Source: Candidatus Bathyarchaeia archaeon (GTDB lineage: Archaea; Thermoproteota; Bathyarchaeia; 40CM-2-53-6). From it: a stretch of DNA of 64,000 nt. This document shows, piece after piece, positions 9,283 through 17,582 of the stretch; position 1 is the first letter of the stretch, and every line of letters starts with the position of its first letter. The position numbers and the translations under genes were made by a program. The notes under the pieces are model-generated. The model was not told the origin of the DNA. It ran no database searches and saw only the letters and a list, made by a program, of their open reading frames with translations. Location: assembly GCA_049517415.1 (NCBI GenBank), contig JBEKSC010000002.1:96001-160000 (forward strand), written 5' to 3'.

Positions 9283-10044
9283 TCACCGAATAATCTGGTT
9301 CCAGTTTGTGCTCCTCAAAGCTGTTCGAGCAGCATTCGCAATAGTAGTTTTCTCTGTCGAGGTTATGTCGTCAGAAACCGCGTTATTTGAATTGGCTGGA
9401 TCTACAAGACGCGCACTCGGGAAGGTGTTGACAAAGTAATCAAAAACGCTGAAGACATTCGCAGCAACTTGATTCCTGTTGTATCCATGCAGAGCCTCCA
9501 AAACGGCCAATTCAAGAAGGAGGGATGGAAATTCCAGATTATTCAAGTTACGCCAAATCTTTAGGGCTTTGATTTCATCGATCCTGCCGGAGTTACTGAT
9601 TAGGTTGATGTGCGTTTGAACATTCGTCTGTGTCCATGTTTGTGTCCTGTTTCTGAAAAGGCTGTGGTCATTAGTATTGCCACTCTGCTTTCTTGCAGGA
9701 ATTAGATCCACAGAAATCCCAGAGTATCGTACATTTATTGACACGTTTTGCTTGTGCGGTGAAAGATTTTGGTTGGTCAAGAAATTAAACAAGTGGTCAT
9801 AGATTTCTTTCAGGGTCCCTGGTGTGCTTGGATCCAACGAAATGAAGAGATCAACATCAGTAGTTCCTCTGATTCCCGTATTCTTGGCATATGAGCCTGA
9901 GAAGGAAACGTCGAGAAGCGCTTTTCCTGCCCACGTTTGGATTATCGGATATACTTGTTGCGCAACTCTATAAGATGGAGAACTAGGACCGGTCGAAACG
10001 CTGTAATTTGAGATAACTGACAACACATATTCGTCAGGGGTCAA
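9283..10044 (-). CDS. CBASS cGAS/DncV-like nucleotidyltransferase (CD-NTase)
   Basis: SGSYAKNT..GTTDVDL, VDLIPA, LKIWR, PSLLLEL, LVDPANSNN; probable TTG start at 10044 (ORF track start 10170). Confidence 0.88.
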   Translation of the reverse strand: MTPDEYVLSVISNYSVSTGPSSPSYRVAQQVYPIIQTWAGKALLDVSFSGSYAKNTGIRGTTDVDLFISLDPSTPGTLKEIYDHLFNFLTNQNLSPHKQNVSINVRYSGISVDLIPARKQSGNTNDHSLFRNRTQTWTQTNVQTHINLISNSGRIDEIKALKIWRNLNNLEFPSLLLELAVLEALHGYNRNQVAANVFSVFDYFVNTFPSARLVDPANSNNAVSDDITSTEKTTIANAARTALRSTNWNQIIR

Positions 10045-10140
10045 GAGATTGCAACTCTGTTCAGTCTCTAATTGTGCGACGACTGCATTTGGCTCTTTTG
10101 TAATCTTGAAGGGTATACAACTACCAAGCGGTTCTTCTCC

Positions 10141-10287
10141 TTGAGAAGACGAGAAGTTGTTAGAATACATCTCCGACTCCAGCGGTGTGTTGGAGACTAT
10201 CTGCCAGACGCCAGGAACGAAACGGTTGAGGACTTCTCGAAGAATTCAGCGGAAGTTAAGATCAGAGTCTCCTGAAAGGATGAGAGA
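10141..10287 (+). pseudogene. Decayed second copy of the small gene at 8317-8553
   Basis: 34/49 identical residues by manual alignment; TGA in place of a Trp codon; no evident start. Confidence 0.65.
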
Positions 10288-10309
10288 CAATAGCGGTTCT
10301 CAGATTCTG

Positions 10310-10921
10310 CTAGTAGGCCTTTTGTGAGAGCTCTTCCAAAGTTTTATGGAAACTCTGGTATTCTTGCATGCCTTTTTGATATAGACGCTTGCTGATCTCT
10401 TCTGTAATCTCCTCGCCCGCATTTTTCCTAATGAGGCATAAGTCGAGCAGAGTATGAAGCCACGGACGCATGAATACTTCAACCAAATTGTCCAGGCGTT
10501 GATGCGCGTCCTTACCGCTGCGAACGGAGCTACATACTAGAGCAGGAAGAGATGCTGCAAGAATCATGACATAAGCCCTGATCGCTTTTCTTTCTAGCTC
10601 AGCGGACTCATTCCCTACTCGAAGTGAATTGAAATGAGGTTTGAAGGATTCTGCTTCGTGATATAGTAACATAGAATGAACGATTTGATGATAGAGGGTT
10701 TGATATGGTTCCTTGTATGCGGCGTACTTCCTGTCAGTCTCCTTGTGATAGATCCAATCGCTTTTTTGCAGATCACGTAAGTACTGCGAAAGGATGGTTG
10801 CTGAGAAACCTGTTTCACGCTTCAACTCACCCCATGTCGCTTCCTTTTCTAGCAAAATTTGATAGATCTTAATGGCCCCTCTCCAAAGACCTTGTGCGCT
10901 CTTCTGGACCATGTGCCGCAT
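10310..10921 (-). CDS. Winged-HTH transcriptional regulator
   Basis: ATWGELKRETGFSATILSQYLRDL HTH. Confidence 0.75.
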   Translation of the reverse strand: MRHMVQKSAQGLWRGAIKIYQILLEKEATWGELKRETGFSATILSQYLRDLQKSDWIYHKETDRKYAAYKEPYQTLYHQIVHSMLLYHEAESFKPHFNSLRVGNESAELERKAIRAYVMILAASLPALVCSSVRSGKDAHQRLDNLVEVFMRPWLHTLLDLCLIRKNAGEEITEEISKRLYQKGMQEYQSFHKTLEELSQKAY

Positions 10922-10925
10922 CCCT

Positions 10926-10955
10926 AGATAAGTTACTAAACTAACTAGCTTATCT
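10926..10955. promoter_or_regulatory. Divergent promoter/operator between wHTH and RHH genes
   Basis: Inverted repeat AGATAAGTT...AGCTTATCT gives a TTATCT box on each strand. Confidence 0.5.
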
Positions 10956-10956
10956 C

Positions 10957-11196
10957 ATGCATAAGCGTTGCGCATCTGTTGTTCAGGCGAGATGTAAGGT
11001 GTCCAGAACCAAACATTTGGTCTACTGGAATGTTCCAGTACCAAAGCCGCTTGACAAAGCTGTAGAAGACGCAGTCGAATATGATTCGCACGTTTCAAAA
11101 AGCGACTTGATCCGCGAAGCTGTCAGAGAGAAGCTCGAGAAAATGGGGGTCAAAGTGGTTGTCATCCAAGCTTCTGGAGGGGAGAAGCGTCAGTGA
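10957..11196 (+). CDS. Ribbon-helix-helix (CopG-like) protein; likely GTG start at 10999
   Basis: WNVPVPKPLDKAVE...SKSDLIREAVREKL. Confidence 0.8.
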   Translation: MHKRCASVVQARCKVSRTKHLVYWNVPVPKPLDKAVEDAVEYDSHVSKSDLIREAVREKLEKMGVKVVVIQASGGEKRQ

Positions 11197-11368
11197 AGAG
11201 GTGTACGACCATTTGCCTCGATGGCGCCGTATCGTTCACGATTTGGCCGTCGAAGCTGGCCTCAAAAAATTCGTGAAGCCATCAGACAGTGACATTGGTA
11301 AATCAAGCGGTAGTTCCGACTCTTCTGCTTCCGAAAACCAACCTGACGGCACGGAGAGTGCGACATGA
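11159..11368 (+). CDS. Small hypothetical protein
   Basis: One of a tightly packed run of small co-oriented ORFs. Confidence 0.4.
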   Translation: MSSKLLEGRSVSEEVYDHLPRWRRIVHDLAVEAGLKKFVKPSDSDIGKSSGSSDSSASENQPDGTESAT

Positions 11369-11614
11369 TTGCATAAGAAAGGACAAGAGAGTACGCGTCC
11401 ATCGATCAATCACTACTTGAAAGGCAACGTAATGCTGACCAGAAAAGCCGTTCTTAGACCCTATGAGAGTTGCACGGTGAGTTTGATGTTAGAATTCGCC
11501 CTGAATGAGTCCGATCACGTCACAGAGAGTCAGAAGCTGATGAATTTGATCGACCAGATCGTTGGGATGGCGAAGGAAAAATGGGGTCCAGAAACAAGGC
11601 TAGCATTTCGATGA
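11369..11614 (+). CDS. Small hypothetical protein
   Basis: Abuts neighbours in the run of small ORFs. Confidence 0.45.
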   Translation: MHKKGQESTRPSINHYLKGNVMLTRKAVLRPYESCTVSLMLEFALNESDHVTESQKLMNLIDQIVGMAKEKWGPETRLAFR

Positions 11615-11769
11615 CGTTCACAAAATACACAGGCAGACACGCGAAAATGGAAAGAACAGTGCAAGTCAGATTCAGTGCTGACAAGTCTTCGTTCATCGAG
11701 ATCGCCTCAAGGGCGATTAAGATTCTCAACGACTACGTCACATATGCGAGACTAAGGCGCAGACGCTGA
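11581..11769 (+). CDS. Small hypothetical protein
   Basis: ATGA overlap with the previous gene at 11611. Confidence 0.4.
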   Translation: MGSRNKASISMTFTKYTGRHAKMERTVQVRFSADKSSFIEIASRAIKILNDYVTYARLRRRR

Positions 11770-11790
11770 TGAAAGACTGAGTGCAGGATC

Positions 11791-12972
11791 TTGGCGAAGA
11801 ATAGACGGTCAAAATGCCGTCCGAAGAGGGTTACAAATCTAAATCGATATAGAGGGAACGCAGAGGAAACAGCGGGAAAGGCAGAGGGTCGAACCAACAA
11901 TCCTTGGCCTGAAGTGGGCGAACCGCTCGACTACGATTCTGATGAGTACTTATACCGAAAGGTTCGCGATTTCATCCATAATCATATCGATATTGCCAAC
12001 GAATCATGGTACGATGTCCTATCGTGCTTTGTGATGGAGACTTGGATATATTACAGGTTCAATACGGCTCCTTACGTAGCCTTCATAGGCGAAGTGGAAA
12101 CCGGCAAGACAGATGCCTTGATGACTCTGAGTCGGCTATGTCGAAAGGGCATCGTTATCGATCGTCCTACGAGCGGCAGCTTATCCAGGCTTACGTCAAA
12201 AGAAGAACCGACGATACTTCTCGACAACGTTGACAAAATCACGAAGGGAGATCAAATTGACATAGCCTCTATTCTCGAGTCCGGATACAAGAAAGGAATC
12301 AAGATACCGAGAACGGTCGGTTGGCAGAGTGCAGACTACGGTTTGCTCATGCTAAATATATTCGGTCCAAGGGCTTTCGCTGCAAATAGAGAGTTCACGG
12401 AGAAATCAATGCAGAGCCGATGTCTTACGATACCCATGAGCAAGAACGTGAGAAAAGTAGAACGCCCAATTAATGAACAAAGCGCGCATGAACTCAGACG
12501 CATGCTGCTTATGTGATCTCAAAGACACAGAAATGATCACTTCTCACAACCTGATTTCACGCGCTTCAAGAGCAGCAGGCTTTGCGAGATAATGCACCCG
12601 CTGTTTTCCGTCGCCCCTACCGACGCAGCGAAATGAGCCCTAGCAAAGATTGGCGAGAGTGAGGATACCGAACGCGAATCTGAATCTGGAAACAGTCTGG
12701 ACAGTGACACCGTCAAGGCGATTGTTCAGCTTGCCGGAATTGAGAGCGAAAAGTCGTTCACTATCCAAGATGTAAGAAGACCTTTACAGGCTCAAGGTTA
12801 CGCAAACGACATAATCAATGACCAAAAAATCGGCCGAATGCTTAAGGAATTGGGGTGCATGCGCGTTCGCAAGGGTTCAGGTAGCAATAGGAGACGTTCC
12901 TACATACTCCCGAAAAGGAACCGTAGAAGGCTGATTTTCGCCTACGGAATCAGAGACTCGGATGCAGCTTAA
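11791..12972 (+). pseudogene. Element replication ATPase/helicase-like gene (DUF3631-like) with two nonsense codons
   Basis: Walker A GEVETGKT, Walker B ILLDN, QSRC; frame continues past TGA 12514-16 and TGA 12634-36 to wHTH-like IGRMLKELG and TAA at 12972. Confidence 0.7.
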
Positions 12973-13060
12973 CTGTTCCATAAAGAAATGCTAACTAGGG
13001 CTGAAAGGCTCAACTCCATTCGCAAAGACTTTGCCATCCAAGGTGGATACCTACCTTAAG

Positions 13061-13490
13061 GACGTCCATGACGTCCAAGATGTCCACGATTCAAGAGAAT
13101 AGCCCGCTCAAGGTAACAACACCGTGTCAAAATATGAGATCCCCCATCATGAAATCCACCATTTTGAACCGCCTTGCCGCTCGCCGCCTGTTTTGGGCTG
13201 AAGATTAAGCTGCTGTTTAACGGCTGTTGCTGTTTTGGTTCGTAGGCATAACCTAACTTCCGAGACCGCGGGTATCGCGGCGAGCTAGGATTAGTTTTAA
13301 TTTTAAGATTAACCGCTAGTCTAAATTGTAATATCAAGCCGCCGAGTAATCTCTTACTTCAAATCAGAAACAGTAGCCAGTCACAGGCGGCGAAGGCGAG
13401 CGGCGGTGCAGGCATGGGGATTTCGGAACTGGGATTCGCTATTTCAGAAGCTATGGGCAATGGGCCAGTATCATGGACATCGTGGACATC
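13061..13490. repeat. Nested inverted repeats with 9-bp-period GAYGTCCA units around an AT-rich core (putative origin)
   Basis: Units at 13061, 13070, 13079 and inverted at 13474, 13483; further arms 13176-13191 vs 13383-13404. Confidence 0.65.
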
Positions 13491-13721
13491 GCGGGCGGTA
13501 AGTCACACCAAAGATAATATCCAAAGTGTGTCAGCAACAGCAAGCAATCTCGCTCCTTCCCGAAGTCTTCTCCGCTAAACCCAAGCAATGTAATGGTGGG
13601 GCAGCTGGGATTTGAACTACAGATGCTAACCATGGCAACTGAAGCGCCTTCTCCAAAAGGCTCCACAGTCTAGCCCACATCTTTATGTGCAGTTGCCACG
13701 AACCCCTCCCCGGGACATGCG

Positions 13722-15698
13722 TTGTCAAAACAGCAGTCTCTGACCACGCCTTGGGATCCGCTGTCAGAAGAGGTAGACCAAGAAATATATGGTGCCACCC
13801 TTAAGCGTGAAATCAAGAACATCATCAAATCCTACACTGGATGGTTCGATCCTCTATCCGAGCTTATCCAAAATGCACTTGACGCGGTCGATGAACGCAA
13901 GCGTATCGAGAAGGACTTCTTGCCTAAGCTGTGGATAGAAATCAATTTGAAAGACAATTACGTGTGCGTAACCGATAACGGAATAGGTTTCACTGAGACA
14001 CAATTTAGGAGCTTCCTCCGCCCCAATGTATCCTTCAAGGGTGGTGGTACTCGCGGAGACAAGGGAGTAGGTGTAACTTATCTTGCATATGGATTTAATT
14101 CTCTTCAATTAGGAACGAAAACAAGTGACTTTTCGTACGTCGGAGATATCAAGGGTGGAAGAGAATGGGTAGAGGATGAAAAGAACATTAAACCGCGCCC
14201 AACAGTGCGCGCTTCCACGCCTATTCACAGCGCTTTCGGAGGAATCGATCGCGGCTCCACTTTCTGCCTGAGACTGACGGGAGATTACATTCGACCAAGT
14301 AATCTAACTTGGTCAGGAGCCGAAACTTGTGATCAATGGGAGACGATTCTTAGGATCAAGACTCCTCTAGGCGGCACATATCTTGATCGACCGAAGACTG
14401 AGACTGTTTGCGTCCTGAAGGTCGTCAACACAGGTGGAACGTATCAGGAGAAGACTGTCAAGAATTGTGAATACTATTACCCACACACTGTAGTCAGCAC
14501 GTGTGTTGATTTGAGAGACATCATAAGAACTCAAACAGAACTTACCGCGAAGGGAAAGAGCGTTACCAAACTGCCCGAACACTTTTACAAGCTTAATGGC
14601 ATTTACTCGTTTTGGAGTAATGCCGATCTCGTCAGCGGAAAAGGTCTCCCGCTTAATTTGAAGGACCCCGAGAAAGAACTGATCAAGAAATACGGCATTT
14701 CAGCGTACGGATTCTTCACATACACTGTTGACGTGTGGGACGAATTCAACGACAATATCGTTAAACTGAGAAAAGGCATGAGAATCATGCGCGGCGGATT
14801 ACAACTAGCAACGAACGGGATGCCACAAGGCGAATTGATTCTAATACCGCTCACTCGAAACATTGGATATCAACACAACTCGCATGTACTTGTCCACTTT
14901 GCTCTCGCTGAACCAGATCTTGGCAGAAAAGGGTTCCAACCTGAACTTGAAGAGTTGGCCGAAAGAATTGCGGTATCTATCGTTGAGCTTCTCCTAGACT
15001 GGAAATCCCATCTAAAGTCAACTACTGGCGTCACCCCCCAAATCACTCAAGACAAAGAGATTCACACTTGGAAATCCGAAATGGAACAACATGAGAAGAC
15101 CTCGCCTCTGATAATCAATAGAAAAGACATCTTTCTCCCGACGAATGAGGTTGCTCTCACAGCTACACCGATGGTCGAACAAGACGTTGTCTCGCTTTTC
15201 AATCAGCTTCTAGCGGGAGGTGTGATAAGAGGAATAAAGCTGATGTCAGCGAGCCAGCATAAGCAATACGATGGCCTGTGGAAGGGCTATATGAAGAAAC
15301 CATTTGAGCATTACCTGTTTGATAAGGGAAAGAATCCCCTAGGTGTCGACCAAGCAACTCCGACCGAATTTGAGTCGCCCCCTTACGTCTTGGAGTACAA
15401 ATACAACTTCGACGCTTTGCTCGAAGAGATCGAACAGGGCGAAAAAGATCCATCAGCAATCGGCCTAGTCGTCTGCTGGGAGATGGGAGACAGTTGGAAG
15501 AAGAAATACAGTGTCACACCGCTCCTTCACTTCTCGAATCTTCAGCATAGGGACGTTCACGGAGTAACACATTTGATCCAAGATGCGGCGACAGGGAAGT
15601 ACACTATTCGAGCAGTCATTTTGAAAGAACTCATTGAATTCCTCAACGATCCTGACGGTGTGCAGGATTATCAGAAGCAGAAATACATGGAAGATTAA
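13722..15698 (+). CDS. GHKL (MORC/Hsp90-like) ATPase with putative C-terminal PD-(D/E)xK nuclease domain
   Basis: ELIQNALDA, DNGIGF, GDKGVG, GSTF; C-terminal EQDVV..YDG..LEYK..VVCWE. Confidence 0.75.
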   Translation: MSKQQSLTTPWDPLSEEVDQEIYGATLKREIKNIIKSYTGWFDPLSELIQNALDAVDERKRIEKDFLPKLWIEINLKDNYVCVTDNGIGFTETQFRSFLRPNVSFKGGGTRGDKGVGVTYLAYGFNSLQLGTKTSDFSYVGDIKGGREWVEDEKNIKPRPTVRASTPIHSAFGGIDRGSTFCLRLTGDYIRPSNLTWSGAETCDQWETILRIKTPLGGTYLDRPKTETVCVLKVVNTGGTYQEKTVKNCEYYYPHTVVSTCVDLRDIIRTQTELTAKGKSVTKLPEHFYKLNGIYSFWSNADLVSGKGLPLNLKDPEKELIKKYGISAYGFFTYTVDVWDEFNDNIVKLRKGMRIMRGGLQLATNGMPQGELILIPLTRNIGYQHNSHVLVHFALAEPDLGRKGFQPELEELAERIAVSIVELLLDWKSHLKSTTGVTPQITQDKEIHTWKSEMEQHEKTSPLIINRKDIFLPTNEVALTATPMVEQDVVSLFNQLLAGGVIRGIKLMSASQHKQYDGLWKGYMKKPFEHYLFDKGKNPLGVDQATPTEFESPPYVLEYKYNFDALLEEIEQGEKDPSAIGLVVCWEMGDSWKKKYSVTPLLHFSNLQHRDVHGVTHLIQDAATGKYTIRAVILKELIEFLNDPDGVQDYQKQKYMED

Positions 15699-15967
15699 GT
15701 TCTAAAATCGTGCGTGCCTCTGAAGTGTTCGTCGCAGTAAAAAACCTCCGATATGTAGAGTTTCAGCCTAGCGACTTTTCGTTCGCAATCTCGGAAATCA
15801 CAGAATTTCATGAATTAGAAAGGGGATTTGTAAGAAGAAAAATCTCGGGAGCTCGTAGGCTCCTTGCGCTACATATGCTAGCAGTAGCAAAATTGATTTA
15901 GTGATCTGATGAATTCTCTAGCTCACAGAGGATTACTAGATATTGCCATTGTAATGGGTGCGGACAT

Positions 15968-16933
15968 ATGAGAGCACTTGACCTTTTTTGTGGTGCAGGT
16001 GGTCTCTCTTTGGGATTCAAGAAGGCCAAGTTTGAAGTAACAGGCGTGGACGTAAATAATGCAGCCAAAGAGACATTCGAACTGAATAGGATTGGCAAGT
16101 TTATCACAGCGGACCTTTCAAGCGAAACAATCGATGGGGATTATGACATAATATTAGGCGGACCACCGTGCAAACCTTGGGCAACAATTAACACAACACG
16201 AAGGGGCAGTTATCATCCGGATTACAAGCTCCTGACTCGGTTCTTTGATCATGTCATAGCTGCAAAGCCGCGCGCATTTCTGATGGAGAACGTCCCCACT
16301 CTGCGGAACCAACTGATCCTCAAGAGACAACTAGAAAGAGTCCGTGAAGTTGGGTACACATTTGTCAGTCAGTCAATAAGATATAGTGAATTCGGCGCAC
16401 CAACGAGTAGACGTCGCCTAATGATTTTCGGAGCGAGAAAGGGAGATAGGAAATGTAATGGCCAGATGAACAAAGCAGAACGTTTCTTCAAGAATCTTAC
16501 GTCGCAGCAGACTGACCCAACAACTGTACGGAATGCGATCTGGTACCTTCGCAACAAAGGCAAGAATGAAGCACCAGATCATCAATGGCCGGACCTGAAA
16601 ACTATTGACAAATACCGTAAGTTTTATGAGACGGGTAAGTACGGCTGGTACATTCTCAAATGGAACGAACCCTCGCATTCATTTGGTAATGTTCTGAAGA
16701 CATACGTTCTTCATCCTGATTCCTTCAACGGAGGAATTACGCGAGTAATTTCTGTAAGAGAAGCCTGGCGGCTGCTAGGATTCAACAAAGGTTTCAGATT
16801 GCCACAGAAAATAGGAATGGAAATGAAGTACCAACTGGCGGTCGACGCAGTCAGTCCCTGTTTCTCTTGGCGGGCAGCAAGAGCTGCCAAGGAGGTGCTG
16901 AATCCAGATGACTCGAGGGATGACTTCAACTAA
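15968..16933 (+). CDS. DNA (cytosine-5) methyltransferase, DrmMII-like position
   Basis: DLFCGAGG, GGPPC, ENV, RRRL, SVREA motifs. Confidence 0.92.
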   Translation: MRALDLFCGAGGLSLGFKKAKFEVTGVDVNNAAKETFELNRIGKFITADLSSETIDGDYDIILGGPPCKPWATINTTRRGSYHPDYKLLTRFFDHVIAAKPRAFLMENVPTLRNQLILKRQLERVREVGYTFVSQSIRYSEFGAPTSRRRLMIFGARKGDRKCNGQMNKAERFFKNLTSQQTDPTTVRNAIWYLRNKGKNEAPDHQWPDLKTIDKYRKFYETGKYGWYILKWNEPSHSFGNVLKTYVLHPDSFNGGITRVISVREAWRLLGFNKGFRLPQKIGMEMKYQLAVDAVSPCFSWRAARAAKEVLNPDDSRDDFN

Positions 16934-17582
16934 GCGTGCTGAGTTTAGAGAAAAACTTCTGGTATGGTGGAAAGATAATAGGAGAAATTATCCATGGAGA
17001 GATACTCGGAACCCGTACAGAATACTCGTATCTGAGATTTTCCTGCATCGCACGAGAGCAGATCAAGTAGCTCCTGTTTACACTGAGTTCATCAAAGAGT
17101 TTCCGACTGTTCAACATCTGTCGAAGGCAAGACAAGCCCAAGTGACGAGAATACTTCGTCCTCTTGGGCTGATCTGGAGAAACAAACTCCTCAAACCACT
17201 GGCCAGGGAAATTGTTTCTTCTCACAATGGCAGGATTCCTTCCACAACATCGCAGCTGGAATCACTGCCTGGAGTCAGCAAGTACATAGCGGCTGCCGTG
17301 AGTTGTTTTGCTTTCGGGAATGTGGAACCACTACTGGATACAAACACCGTGAGAATTCTGGGAAGAATGTTCGGTTTAATCGTCAATGACGGCTCGAGAA
17401 GGAGCGACAAGTTCTCAGAAATTTATACGTCACTGATTAAAGTCGACGAACCTCGATACTTCAATTATGCAATGGTCGATTTGGGTGCTCTCGTCTGCTC
17501 AGCGAGAGACCCCGCATGTCAAATTTGTCCGGTGAACGATATGTGCAATTACGGAATATCAAGGTTAGGTAGATCCAAGTGA
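16908..17582 (+). CDS. HhH-GPD Fe-S DNA glycosylase, Mig-like (T/G mismatch)
   Basis: SEIFLHRT (Arg where MutY has Gln), LPGVSKY, DTN, C-x6-C-x2-C-x5-C; no MutY C-terminal domain. Confidence 0.8.
   Translation: MTRGMTSTKRAEFREKLLVWWKDNRRNYPWRDTRNPYRILVSEIFLHRTRADQVAPVYTEFIKEFPTVQHLSKARQAQVTRILRPLGLIWRNKLLKPLAREIVSSHNGRIPSTTSQLESLPGVSKYIAAAVSCFAFGNVEPLLDTNTVRILGRMFGLIVNDGSRRSDKFSEIYTSLIKVDEPRYFNYAMVDLGALVCSARDPACQICPVNDMCNYGISRLGRSK

Noticed and set aside
11791..12972. TGA recoding (Trp/Sec), suggested by in-frame TGA codons here, at 10273 and in the PflX remnant
   Set aside because: Many intact genes (srp54, rpl21e, nadK, drmC) end at TGA; single transitions from TGG or CGA explain the stops, and other lesions in these regions are frameshifts.
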